In this document: positions 36,489 to 48,568 of the stretch, one piece after another | How the letters are laid out: each line of letters starts with the position of its first letter | Numbering within the stretch: the stretch's first letter is position 1 | NCBI RefSeq assembly: GCF_038025025.1 | Contig: NW_027117348.1 | Location: 1,116,001-1,180,000 of the forward strand | Length of the DNA stretch: 64,000 nucleotides | Source: Phyllosticta citribraziliensis | Lineage: Eukaryota | Reading direction: 5' to 3' | Made by a program: the position numbers and the translations under genes | The notes under the pieces: model-generated | Told to the model about the DNA's origin: nothing | Databases searched by the model: none | The model's input: the letters and a program-made list of their open reading frames with translations, nothing else

Positions 36489-36571
36489 CAGATTGGCCAG
36501 GACTTGAACCTGGGACTTGCCGTGGATGCGATGTTTAACCACGACATGCGTTACCACTACGCCACCAATCC
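36489..36571 (-). tRNA. Atypical tRNA or tRNA-like gene (nominal GTT/Asn if a 12-nt intron is removed, but G33)
   Basis: GGATTGG/CCAATCT acceptor, GCGT-AGTGGTA-ACGC D-arm, TGTCG/CGGCA stem with a 19-nt loop, CCAGG-TTCAAGT-CCTGG T-arm, G73, downstream T4 and T5 runs. Confidence 0.7.
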
Positions 36572-36994
36572 ATAAACGTTTGTGTGGTGCGCTGGATAGG
36601 GGGATAGCAGTTTCGACACATTATGTACCAAAAATTGGCTCCACCCTCCACATGCAACTTAAAAAAACAAACTTCCACCTTGGAAAGATTTCAAGTTGCG
36701 GAACGGAGAACCTTCATGGAAAAGGCGATTTTGGTTGCAGAGTAGTCTTTCAGACAATCAAATCCACATCATGGCTCAGACTAGATGCGTCAGAGGCATC
36801 AATGACCGTGCTGCACAGTGGGCACGGGAAGAATGAACCACTGCGCCTTGCCGGGAACGTTCTTCACTATCATAGTTGCGCCCAGGGAGCATTTCTTGAC
36901 ATCGACCGTGCCCTAGGCATATTGTACATGAGTACGAGTCCTGCAGATTGCGTGTCATTCCAGCTCTTGGTATTCCACTCGACTCCGTGACTGC

Positions 36995-37795
36995 TCATCG
37001 AGCCGAAGCAAAAGCTGGGGCTGCTTCTGTTTCCAACGGAGCCGTTTCTCCTGCCTCAATCATCGGAGCCGCCTTGCCATCGGCTTCGACGGCAGAAGCT
37101 TCACCACCACCATAAGCCGCTGCTGTTTGCTGTTCGACCAACAAAATCTCCTTTTCTGCCCACTCCTTCCAGTCGTCGTATGCCTTGTCCTCAAGCTCCA
37201 TGCCGTACTCGACGGGCGACTTGCCAAAGTATGCACCCACGGCGAGGGCCTCTTCCTTGGCGATGCGACGTTCAATGTCTTCGTCTGTTCGTTTCTCGTA
37301 AAACTCTTTGCGAGCCTGGTCGTAGGCTTCTTCCTTTGATGCGCCCCGTCTCATCAGGTACATTTGGCGCTGGATGACACTGGAGCAAATTAGTCTCCGC
37401 GCAACGTGGAGTTTCTCCCCAGCCTACCTCTCTCCGTCCAACGGCTTGTTGCTCTGTTCAATATTTTCCCAGTTCCAATGCTTGCTGTCGTTTCCGCTGT
37501 CCTCGAGAATGACCCTCGGCCGCGCCAATTCCCACGGGTGGTCGGAAAAGAACTCTCTTCGCAAGTAGTCCTCCTTGTACGCCAGGCGCATCGGCTGAAA
37601 CATTTTACTCGGCTTCTTGACATTCTTCTTTGTCCGAGCCTGGCCGACGCGCTGGAGCGGCCGTACCAGGGTCTGGGCCGGGGGGTAGTCTGCCACAATG
37701 TCGTACCATGGCGGAGGAGCTAGCAGGCGTTTTGCTGCGAGGAGTTCTGTCGCGGCGCGGTGGACGCGGGAGGCTGTAAAGTCGAAGCGACCCAT
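36995..37795 (-). CDS. RSM25: Mitochondrial ribosomal protein mS23
   Basis: PPPWYDIV..PP, LRREFFSDHPWELARPRVILE, LDGE|SVIQRQMYL and AYDQARKEFY; one intron. Confidence 0.9.
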
Positions 37796-38069
37796 GGCCA
37801 GAAGATTGGCAATTGGTCTCTCGGGGGTGTGGGGCGAGCGGGCGTGGGTGACGCGATGGACGGGCAATGGTGTTGAAAAGCGCGGCGGCGGAAAAGCATT
37901 GGTAAGCAGCGCCAACACCGAAAAAAAGCGCCGAGGGCGGAACCGGAAGCTCTGACAACGACCAAGCTTCCACTCTTCCCCAGTGTCACGCACCAACCAC
38001 AAGGTGTCTATATCGCATGATCTTGCGGGGTACCTCCAGTTCACCACGCCTTGGACAGCTGTCCACTCC

Positions 38070-39977
38070 ATGCTGCGCAATCCCCATGGCTCGTTCTTTC
38101 TCTGCTTGAAACAATGTTTGGTTCTCATGGTCTTTTGCACACGCCCCCCTCCGGCAGTCGTCCGCGCGACAGCATCTCGGCCTCTCTTCGCGTCCCTTTA
38201 CGCTGCCCGTCGCCAGCCCGAGTACCTCCGCCAGTCACAGCTCCGAGGATATCACCACACGTCGTACGCGCCGTACAATTGCCCGCGGTCCGCGCGAACA
38301 ATGGGTGACTTGGGGAGTCGCCTTTTGGCAATGCGAAACCTCTGCCAGAGACATTCTCAGCACACTTGGGCGGGGAGAGACTACACAGAAAGATCAATAT
38401 ACCACAGAGCGCATCGGAAGGGGCCATTGGCCGCAGTGGAGTCTTGGAGAGAGGTCAGTGACGACGCGACAAGTCGAGGCGCACCAGAGCCCCCACCACC
38501 ATGGTATCGCAACCCTCCCACCTTGGATGAGCTCAAGAGGCTCGTGGACATGTACAATATGGATGGATACGGGGAGGAAAATCAGGAGGAAGAAAAGGAC
38601 ATTGAAGCCGAGAGTGACACCAACACGAGCGAAGACGACCCGCAAGAATGGCTCACCTCACCAAACGAGTGGGATTCCGACACAAACTACACTCTTGGAA
38701 AACTGGCCAAGCTGTTGCGTCAGGCGAGGCCGGATTCCCACGTTGCATTTGAGCTGTACAAATCGCTTCCATACCCAAGAGTGGCATATCTGGACTACAA
38801 ATCAATACGCAAGTTTTTGAACTGCCTGGCATGGATGGAGCGCAAAAATGAAGCCAGTATGATGCGCTATCTTTCCGTCATTGACGACATGAAAGCTTGC
38901 AACATGCCCATTGCGCTAGCCGATTGGAGCACCGCGATCCACTTTGCCGGCCGATGCTTCAGAAAGGTGGACGACAGCGAGGTCGAATCTGCTCTCTACG
39001 TATGGCGCGAAATGGAATACGAAGCAGACGTCCGGGGCAATCGAGTCACCTTTAGCATTTTGTTCGACATTGCGGCCAAGGCGGGGAAACACAGGCTTGC
39101 GGATATGATTTTGAAAGAGATGGAATCGCGGAAGCTCAAATTCGACCGGCACTTTCACGTCAGCTTCATCCACTACCAAGGGTTGCGAGGGGACGGAGAT
39201 GCGGTGCGAAAGGCATATGTCAATCTTGTCGACTCTGGGGGGATTGTGGACACTGCAGTTCTAAACTGCGTCATTACGGCCCTCATCGCTGCCGGCGAGC
39301 TACCTGCAGCAGAACAAGTCTTTGCCGGCATGAAGGACTTGCACAATCGCGGGGAAGCAAAAACGGTACCGAGCCAATGGTCGAAACGACGCGAAATCGG
39401 CAAGTTGCTCACTCGCGTCTCATTGCTGGTGAAGGACCCGGAGCAACGAGCCCTCTTTCAAAAAGCCACGCCTGTTGGTCCAGACCACGCCACGTTCAAG
39501 ATTCTCATCAGATACCACACCATCACCTCGGGCAACATTGACCGCACTTCGGAGCTGCTCCACGAGATGGGCAACGACTACCAAATATCTCCCAACGGAG
39601 ATCTCTACTATACCCTCTTTCACGGCTTCCATAACCACGGAGGCATACCCTATTCATCGTGGACGCTTGTCAAGCTCGAAGAACTGTGGGCGGCATACAG
39701 AAATGCCATTTACAACGAGGTTCCCGAGTTCAAGGTGGACAAGGCGATCGCAAAGGCCATCATACTGGCTTTTGAGAAGGTTGTGGGCGGCGACCGGACA
39801 TGGGAGGTTTGGGAGGAATTAAAAAGCATGTGGAAGTCGCCTAATGCGGCCGATTTGGAGGAGGTGAATGACCGCTTGATGTGGTTGTTGCAAAGGCGCC
39901 GTGGGACAGATGGCGTAGCGATAAGGATAACTCCTGGCTGGGATGGATGGCGTGGTAGAGATCACAGATCTCGTTGA
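38070..39977 (+). CDS. Pentatricopeptide-repeat protein, probably mitochondrial (start 38070 or 38127)
   Basis: PPR-like repeats VTFSILFDIAAKAGKHRLADMILKEM, AVLNCVITALIAAGELPAAEQVFAGM and ATFKILIRYH; Arg/Ser-rich N-terminus. Confidence 0.82.
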   Translation: MLRNPHGSFFLCLKQCLVLMVFCTRPPPAVVRATASRPLFASLYAARRQPEYLRQSQLRGYHHTSYAPYNCPRSARTMGDLGSRLLAMRNLCQRHSQHTWAGRDYTERSIYHRAHRKGPLAAVESWREVSDDATSRGAPEPPPPWYRNPPTLDELKRLVDMYNMDGYGEENQEEEKDIEAESDTNTSEDDPQEWLTSPNEWDSDTNYTLGKLAKLLRQARPDSHVAFELYKSLPYPRVAYLDYKSIRKFLNCLAWMERKNEASMMRYLSVIDDMKACNMPIALADWSTAIHFAGRCFRKVDDSEVESALYVWREMEYEADVRGNRVTFSILFDIAAKAGKHRLADMILKEMESRKLKFDRHFHVSFIHYQGLRGDGDAVRKAYVNLVDSGGIVDTAVLNCVITALIAAGELPAAEQVFAGMKDLHNRGEAKTVPSQWSKRREIGKLLTRVSLLVKDPEQRALFQKATPVGPDHATFKILIRYHTITSGNIDRTSELLHEMGNDYQISPNGDLYYTLFHGFHNHGGIPYSSWTLVKLEELWAAYRNAIYNEVPEFKVDKAIAKAIILAFEKVVGGDRTWEVWEELKSMWKSPNAADLEEVNDRLMWLLQRRRGTDGVAIRITPGWDGWRGRDHRSR

Positions 39978-40315
39978 AATGGGAGCAAATGTACAAAAGT
40001 CACGAGTAGCGTGTAGAATAGAAGGATTGCCCATTGAGGCTAGCGTCGGCGGTGACACGCGTCGGGCGACCTACGCGTTTCTTCAACCTTCAAAACTTTC
40101 AGTCCAATGCGATCACCGCCGTGATTTCAACTCTTTCTCTCGCTGTTTACGACATGAGCTCGTCGCTATGCTGGCCATGATTTGCACGTCTGTCGCTGAC
40201 TTCCGGTTGCGCCTTCCGCGTCGGGCCCTTTCCTGTCCGCACCTCGAGTGCCTCCACCGACACCAAACCCTCCACATCTCGAGACCTTGACAACTTGAGT
40301 ATTCGTTTGATGGAG

Positions 40316-41952
40316 ATGCCGACAGTCAAGAGACAGAAGCGTGGCCACCTGGATATCGAGTTTTCTCTCAGGCGCATATTTGGCAAACAGACCTTCAGGT
40401 CCGCTGCCACCCACCTCGCCCGCCTCGCTCTCACTGACCCTTCATCCAGACCATTACAGCGCGAGGTCATTACCACTGCTCTCGAAGGAGAAGATGTCTT
40501 TTTACAGGCAGCCACCTCTTTCGGCAAGAGCCTCTGCTTCCAGCTCCCAGCAGTCGTTGACCACGGGCGTGCGTAGCCAGACCGAGTGCAAGACAAGCGC
40601 TAACAAGTCTAGTCACCATTGTCATTTCCCCGCTGCTAGCTTTGATGGTAAGCTGCCGAGTCCACGCTTTGAGCAATGCTTACACTCCACAGAACAACCA
40701 AGTTGCGGCTCTTCGGGCAGCCAATATCAAAGTTGCTACCATCAACAGCACGACTCCCAAGGCGGAAAAGGATGCTGTCATGGAAGACTTGCAATGTGGC
40801 CATCCCCTGACGAGGCTGCTGTACATTACTCCGGAGTACTGTCAGCTTGACCATTTCAAGCGCATACTACGAATAATCCACTCCCACCGCGAGCTGGCCC
40901 GAATTGCCGTCGACGAGGCCCATTGTATCAGCGAGTGGGGACACGACTTTCGGCCGGCCTTTAAACGTCTTTCATTCTTCAAGCAGGAATTCCCCGATGT
41001 CCCCGTCATGTGCTTGACGGCAACGGCGACAGCCAAGGTCCGCAACGACATCATCAGCACGCTTGCTCTGGATCCGAAGAAGCTGAAGCTCTTCACCATG
41101 ACGACGAGCCGCCCGAACTTGCATTACGAAATTCGCTTCAAGTCGGATGAGGAAGACCCCTACGACAACTTTGTCGGCTGGCTGCGTGCCGCACAGGACC
41201 GCAGATCGGGTGACGCTGAGCGAGTTGCTGCTCTCAAGGCGGCAGGGAAGCGTCCAGATGCCATTTCTGGTATCATATACACCCTCTACCGGCGAGACTG
41301 CGAAGCTCTGGCTGCCCGGCTTCGCGCTTCCAATCTCGGTGCCCGCGCCTACCACGCCGGACTGGCCAACACGGAAAAAGACGAGGTGCTGGCAAACTGG
41401 GTGGCCAACGTCCCCGGATACGAAATTGTCGTGGCCACTACAGCCTTCGGGATGGGGATCGATAAAGAAGATGTCCGCTTCGTTGTGCACTGGCAACTGC
41501 CCAAAAGCTTTGAAGGATTTTATCAGGAAGCGGGACGCGCTGGACGCGACGGCAAGGCTGCCGTGCACATCATGTACTACTCACGTGAAGACCGTGACCG
41601 CGCTCTGAATCACATGGCGCGAGACATTGCTCGAGAATCGAACGGCGCAGGGTACCCGGTTGAAGCGTATGGCGGTGGAACTCGCGCATCAGAGGAAAAG
41701 ATGCAAACGCACAAGAACCGCGTCGACAGTCTTCAGAGACTGGTCGAGTACTGCGAAAACGTAACGACGTGCCGGCACAAGCTGATTGCGAACTACTTTG
41801 GCGAGGAGGCCGAGGTGCCCTGCGAATGGGCGTGCGACTGGCACAAGGATCCGGCCAAGCTTAAGAGGGCTAAGGAGTTGGGTTTGGCGAGCGAGGAGTG
41901 GTGTTCGACGCAGCGGGAGGCGGGTCATTTCGACATCGATCCGTATGAATGA
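40316..41952 (+). CDS. recQ: Short RecQ-family DNA helicase
   Basis: FRPLQRE, AATSFGKSLCFQLP, VDEAHCISEWGHDFRP, LTATA, ATTAFGMGIDKEDVR, YQEAGRAGRDG and a CRH..YFGE zinc region; three 5' introns. Confidence 0.93.
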
Positions 41953-42229
41953 TGTACTGCATGGTAGGGAGACGACGAGAGTGCAAGTGGTTGCTGAAAT
42001 ATACCATTAAATCGTCTATAGTCTAGTCCGTGAGAAGTGAAGCGTTGGTCCCCTGGCAGCGTGCTTCTGCTGCCACCACCTGAAGACAAAGGGTATCATC
42101 GTGTCGCCATCCATGTCCAGCACGTTGACCGCCGCTCGTGCCAGACGTCCGTCCGTCTCTTTTTTCCTCCTGGCCCCCACGCCCTCCCTCTCTCCCACCT
42201 CTCAACCACCAATCAATCCCTCGCCTCAG

Positions 42230-42658
42230 CTACTTGCCACCACCAGCAGCGCCGCCCTTGTTATTGCTCACCCTCTCCCACGCCTCGCCAACCCACGTCT
42301 CGGCGCCCTCCCTGACGCGCCGCCAGTCGGTGCCCTGCACGCCGCGGACGGCGCGCTCCACCCCGCCGTTCCACCTGTCCTTGGCGACGTCGCCGATGCC
42401 GCCCAGCCGCAGCCGCGCCGACGGCGGTACGTAGCTCGGCTCCGGATCGTACACGCTGCGTAGCAGAGAGGATGAGTCGCGCAGCGCGAGCGACTGCTGC
42501 AGCCGCGTCGACGCGTGGATGCGCACGCTGAGGTAGAGGACCGAGGATGTGAGGGTCAGGCCGCTGAGCTGTGGGTGCTGGGTTAGCTTTGCGTGATGTG
42601 GGAGGGGAGGAGGGGAGGAGGGGGAGGCGGGGCGTACGAAGCCGGTTATGAAGCCCAT
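42230..42658 (-). CDS. MIC12: MICOS subunit Mic12 (Aim5)
   Basis: MGFITGF|LSGLTLTSSVLYLS N-terminal TM; KDRWNGGVERAVR..TDWRRVRE; 69-nt intron. Confidence 0.75.
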   Translation of the reverse strand: MGFITGFVRPASPSSPPPLPHHAKLTQHPQLSGLTLTSSVLYLSVRIHASTRLQQSLALRDSSSLLRSVYDPEPSYVPPSARLRLGGIGDVAKDRWNGGVERAVRGVQGTDWRRVREGAETWVGEAWERVSNNKGGAAGGGK

Positions 42659-43611
42659 GATGCTGCTGGGTTTGCTTGTGCGGTGCGTTGTTGTTGTGCT
42701 CGACGGCAGCGAACAGAGTCCAAAGAGTGCGGCGCGAGGTGTTTGTATAGACGTGTATAGGAAGGTAGGTAGTCTAGTTGGTTGGCAAAGGGTCGGCGCA
42801 ATATGGTCTGCCAACAGCGCAATCGGTGATCGAGCAGTCGACGAATCAAGTAGAAAAGTGGACGGCAGCGGCGGCGGCGACGGCGGTGTGGCAGGGGATA
42901 AGGAGGAAGGATGAAGCTAAAGCCTTTTATTTTTTACTGTGGATCCCCTCTTTTTTTTTCTTCGCCGCGCGCGCTGTCTTCAAGAGGCAAGTCGTGTTGA
43001 TCTCGATGTTCTAGTCTTGCGGCTGCGCCGTTTTTCTCTGCTGTCTCGCTGTCTCTGTTTTACTGTGCTGGAGCTGAGAGGCGGGCGGACCGCGCGGTGC
43101 TGCGATGGTGATGCTCCCGGGGTCTGTGTTGTGAAAGTCGTCCAAGGGACGCTCAGACTGCGACACCAAGGTAGTTGCTGGTAAGGTACCGTACGGACCG
43201 TCGGTGGCGGTGGGTGGCGGGCGCGGAGGTTGAAGGGCTGAGGCTGATTATCTGATGGCCATCAATCCATATCTCCTCCGTGCTCGGCGATGTTCCGGCG
43301 ATGATTTGTGTCTGGCGCGAATTTGTCCGATCACCACCGGCACCACCGTCGCTCCAGCTTCACGTCCTCTGGTTGGCTATACGAATCGATATCGAACCTC
43401 ACAAACACCAATTGCAGCCCGTGGAGCTGTAGACGACACCTGGTTGTCCCGAAACGCATTTGCCTAGACCAACGCGCCGTGAACACTTTTTGCTACACCA
43501 TCCGAACATTTCCCTCGACCGCCGCCGCTCCACCACCGCCGCGCACGTCGGCAGCAGTAGCAAAACGTCCACCACCTCCTCGCCGTCCACCACTCCCTCT
43601 CCTCCATCATC

Positions 43612-44345
43612 ATGGTCGGCGCACGAGACACCCACCGGCACTTGTCGCGGTCCAGCGCACATCGACAGGCGCTGCTGCGCAACCTGGTGACGTCGCTGTT
43701 CGAGCACGAGACGATTACCACGACATGGCACAAGGCCAAGGAGGCGCAGGCGCTGGCCGACAAGCTGGTCACCATGGCCAAGAAGAACACCATTGCCAGC
43801 CGCTCGCGCGCGCAGTCAATATTCTATGTACGTTGTTTACACGGCGCCGCCGTCTGCATATGAGCCGGCGCTCCCAACGCTGGCTGGCTATCAGACGAAA
43901 CGAAGAAGACGGAGCTCTAACACACTCCCAGAAACCCGACCTCCTCACCAAACTCTTCGGCCCCATCCGCGAGCGCTACCTCGAACGGCCCGGCGGCTAC
44001 ACGCGCGTCCTCCGCATCGAACCCGAAAAAGAAGACCAAGCGGAATCGGCCATCCTCGAGCTAGTCGACTCGCCCAAGGACATTCGGTTCGCCATGACGG
44101 CCAAGGTTGTCGCGCGCCAGCGCGCCGAGGGCCTCCCCGAGACGCCGCTCACGCGCCAGAACCTGGCCAAGGTCATGCGGTACCGCGGCGACGAGGGCAA
44201 GCAGGACTTCGAGGACATGGTCGGGCGGTTTAAGAAGTTGACGGCGGGCGGCAAGGAGGTCAAGGAGGTGGTCAAGAAGAAGGTGTATCCTGATCCGTTG
44301 GAGCCGAGGAAGGGGAAGAAGGGGCCCAAGTGGCGGTTGGGTTGA
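43612..44345 (+). CDS. MRPL8: Mitochondrial ribosomal protein bL17m
   Basis: [67 protein letters not shown]; one intron. Confidence 0.93.
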
Positions 44346-44602
44346 TCATGTTGTTTGTTTTTGGGTGGAGGTTGTATCATATGTCAAGCAAAATGGGAAA
44401 AAGGTCAAAGTTCAACTCGAGTTTCGATATGTGTGCTGATCAGCGCTTGCTCGACATGCTAATTACTATATCTTGGTAACTTGTACAAAGAAACAATCAT
44501 CTCGCCAGGATCCACGCCGTCAACATTCTTCCCTGGGCTTCCACCACCAAATTAGCAATATCAGACACTCGACCAGCCAAAGCACCTCAGCTCTCACGAT
44601 TC

Positions 44603-45632
44603 TCACAGCAGACCCGGGATGATAGCCTTCCTCCCCTCGAGCTTGTCGTCGCCAAACTTCTCCGCATACCACCTGCGCCCGGCCAACGCCCTGGGCAGCA
44701 TGGTCGCAATCTCATTGAGCAGAAACGCCCTCGCAGGAGCGCAGCTCCAGCCGCCAACCCACCAAAAAGCGGCCCACTCGACCCACTCACACAGATAGTG
44801 AGCATACAGGACCCAACCAAAGAGGCCATTCTTCGGAATCATATACACCTTATCGACGCTGCTGTTGGCGCACTCGCGGTCGACGGCGGCATCGTCGGTG
44901 GGCTTGCCGTCAGCGCGCAGGCGGTCGACGACGGCCTTGCGGGCGCGGCGAGCGGCGGCGCGGCGGATCTCGCGCAGGTCGTCGTCGTGGTACATGTTTG
45001 CGAGCAGGGCCCAGATCCAGAGGACGAGGGCGAGCTCGGCGTTGTATAGGTGGCCCTGCCAGTCGTAGGGCGTGGTGGGGCCGTGGCCGCCCAGCCAGCC
45101 GCCGATCGAGATGGCGTTGGTGAGTTGGAAGGCGATGGCGCTGGCCCAGACGATGGGGTGGATGGGCGACATGCTGGGGTTGAGGACTAGCGGGGCGAGG
45201 ATCGCGCGGTAGATGTAGTGGACCGTCTGGCGGCGTTAGTGTCACATAACTTCTTGGAGACTGTGCGTGGGGATCCTTACAAACATGCCCGCCATGGTCC
45301 AGTTCCCCCATGGTAGGGGCTCTTCCAGCCCCAGCTCCTTGGGCAGACTCCACATGATGTAGAGCAGTGTGATGAAGCCCGGGATCTCCATCGTGAACCA
45401 CGCCCACTTGCCTGGCATGTTCCACCGCGAGTCGATCGACGTCTTGCCCTGCGGGTACCAGTCTGTGACCCATTGGATCGCCGTGACCTATTCGCTCTGC
45501 GTCAGCACTAAATATCCCATCTTCTCCCGCCAGGACAGCAGCATGACGTACCACGGGGAAAAGCTGCCACGCCCAAACCACCCACTCCCAATTCTCGCGC
45601 GACGGCGGCAGCCAATTCTGCACAATGGCCAT
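44603..45632 (-). CDS. 3-oxo-5-alpha-steroid 4-dehydrogenase (steroid 5-alpha-reductase) family protein
   Basis: GKWAWFTMEIPG, HYIYRA, YMIPKNGLF.WVLYAHYLCEWVEW, MLPRA..GRRWY and RKAIIPGLL; two introns. Confidence 0.88.
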
Positions 45633-46752
45633 TTTCCTCGTGCTTTTCTTTCGTTCTTCTTTCTCCTCGTTATATGCACTTCGCAAACGCAGTCTGTCCG
45701 TCGGTCCGTCAATCAGTCCGTATGTCCGTCCGTGTGCTCCGTGGACCGGCTACGCCCGTCTTTCCGTCCGCTCGCTCTCCCGTGTCGACGATTGAAAAAC
45801 GCGTTCTCCCTCGACGCTGGCGTCACACTGTCCACTACCGCTGCTTTGGTGTCCTTGCTCTTGCAATCCACCGCCCAATGAATTCTCCCGCCGCCGCGTG
45901 CTACCCAGGCGCGAGCGACCGCGTGAAAAGATTCAGCAGTGCGACGCGGTGTGTCTGCTGCCTGAGTCGTGATGGCACTGTCGTGTCGCGTTGCCCGAGT
46001 CGTAAGCAGCAATAAGCGCACGTACAAAGTAAATAGACGCCCGTATTGCGCGTCTATCGCGTTGGCGCCTCCGAAAGATCCAGAAAAGTCCGAGCGGCAA
46101 GTCTGGACAATGATTCTTCTCTTCTTGTGCCTCCGCGAAGCAGGCGCCGTCGAATTGAGTCGCAAGGTGTGTGGTGAGATGGTTAGCGGACGAGGTTAGG
46201 TCGATGCGGGCGGTCTGGCGGGTAGGTGGACCATCCATGTCGTCATGGCGTCGTTCGGATCTTTCCGATCGCCCTAGTCGACCCCTGCACGATCTGATCC
46301 CCACCAACTGTACGCTTCGCCCGACTTGTCATTGCTGTTGCTCCTTTCCTCTGGTTAGGTAAGGTAGATTCGCCGTCCGGAATAAACACAAAACCTGGTC
46401 AAAATCACTAGAAATGAATTGCGCAGACTTATTATTCCTCCGTAGCTATCCTAAGCAAGACTCCTCAGCCTGCCTTCCCAATCCAAATCATGGTATACGC
46501 TACGCCGTGTCGAAAATCCTGTAAACATGAGTCCAAACACCAACCTTCTCATCCGTCGCCAGCTTCTGCAAATACGCTCATGTCGCCCATTACCCCGAAT
46601 CCATCTCTTGACTCCCACCCAATCGATGCTCAATCATGCTCATGCCTTCGTGCTTCTGATGGCAAAGGAAAGTTTTGTTAGACAACCGTTCAGCGCCCAA
46701 AGAAAAAGAAAAGCTTGAGAAACAAGCACGGGTATATAGTGTCGTGGGCCAC

Positions 46753-48263
46753 CTACATCAAGCCGCCCAGCACAACCTTTCCCACGCCAGCAATTTCGCT
46801 CTTGGCCCCAGCACGACTGGCGTCTTCAAACTCTCGCACCACGCCCGCGACGATTATCTTGCGTATCCGGGCATCAGCCTTGGCAAAGAGCTCGCCCACA
46901 CCAAGGCCGCAAGCTTCGGGTCCGTTGACGAGGCTCATTATTTTGGTATAACAGTCGATTAGGACGTCGCACAGCGTCGAAAAGGTCTCGAAAAAGTCGG
47001 GGTCGAACGGCAAGCTGGGCGTCAGCAGATGCGAGTATTCTTCGCCGGGACTGAGATGATCTCCGTGGTCAGTGCTAGGGAAGGATAGTTGCGATGCATT
47101 GGAAGAGGTCTCTCCCAAGCCTTCGGGCAGCATGAGTTCCGTGGCCGAACTTTGGCGTCGGCCCTTGGCTGCACCTGACGCCGCGTGCATGCCCCTCTTG
47201 AACATTCCCGCGACACGGCCGCGGCTCAGACTACTAGGCGCGTTTCCATCTGGCGGGTGTAGCGTTTGATATGCCTCAAACTCCATCAGGAGTGCATTCA
47301 ATGCACGCAGGTATTCGGCAGCGCTTTGGGAGTTGAGGTCGAGAATGGTGGGGAGGGAGAATCCGAGGAGGAGGTAGTTTGTTGCCCGGCGAGCGAGGTT
47401 CCGCGGCGAAAAGTATGGCAGCTTGTTCAAGTCCGACTTGTTGAAGAGGAGCGTATTGAACCAATACACACGTCCGTCATGTCTGCGATTGTCAGTAATT
47501 GGCAACGCGGCCTCAGACCGGCTTACGCTTTTCTCAGATAGTCCAAAGTCGATATACGCTTGGAAGACAGGTCGTGAATGTGTTGGTACAGAGCATGAGG
47601 ATTGTGACCGCCGCTCGAGGGGACTTGGGAGAGACTGGCTGAGCCGCCCAGGCTGCCGCTCTTGCCCCCAAACGTGGCGTTGGACTGCGAGGTGCCCGGA
47701 GGACGATCCCACTGCGATGCCGGAGTGCCCGAGGCCATGGTCTTCAAGTCGTCTCCTAGGCTGGAGTCGTGAGATTTCTGGCGGCCGCGTCTGAAATGGT
47801 GAATTGAGAGCTTGGACGAAGAGGCATTGGAGGCCTTTTCGGATGACAGGGAGGCGGCAAGGTTTGGTCGCGACGGGTGGTGGTCCTTGGTGTCTGCGCT
47901 GGTGATGGAGTTGGACGAGGAGCGAATGGAAGCGGAGCGGCGGATGCTGGAGCCAAGATCAGAGACGGACGAGGCGAAGCTGTGGCGATTCTTCTTGGAG
48001 GGCGAAACGGGGTGGGGGGCGGCGTCCGACTCGTCGATGGTGGGCGGCAGCGGCGTGGTGGATCTGTGGGGGATGGGCGTCTGGCTGCGCGACGAAGGCT
48101 CGCTACTGGCGGCGGCCTTGCGCGACGAGCGGTCGCGGTCGCGGTCGCGCCGGAGGATGGAGGGTTTGCGCGGGAGGAAGCTGTGAGAGTGGTGAGAGGA
48201 CTTGTGCTGCGAGGTCGATGAGGAGGGCATGATGCCATCCTTTGGCACCGTCACAGGGAGCAT
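46753..48263 (-). CDS. Probable conserved fungal hypothetical protein (start 48263 or 48230)
   Basis: Ser-rich N-terminus; KRISTLDYLRKA|HDGRVYWFNT joined across a short intron at about 47482-47527; YSHLLTPSLPFDPDFFETFSTLCDVLIDCY and LFAKADARIRK. Confidence 0.8.
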
Positions 48264-48568
48264 GCGGCAGGCCGTCAGACGCGGCTGGGCTGGGGTAGGA
48301 TAGCCGCAGGCAGGGCGGGCAGCGCAGGGCAGCGCAGCGCAGGGCGAAATCCAGGGGTCGGCGTCGACAACAAGCGATGGAGAGACGACTTTTTTGACGC
48401 GCAGCCCTTTTGACTGTTGCTATAATTGCGAGCCAATTTGCACGCCGACCAAAGCAGCTGCTGGGCCTGGCGATCACGAGTGAGTGCGGTGCGACGCTCC
48501 CGTCCAGTCCCGCCCCGGCCCTCTCGAGCCCCTCTTCTCCGCCCTCCACCCAACCGCTAAACACCACC

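Noticed and set aside
17837..42640. Several stop-free introns of length 3n (RQC1 42 nt, TCA17 60 nt, SGO1 45 nt, TatD 45 nt, MIC12 69 nt)
   Set aside because: With dozens of short GC-rich introns in the window, this many is roughly what chance predicts.
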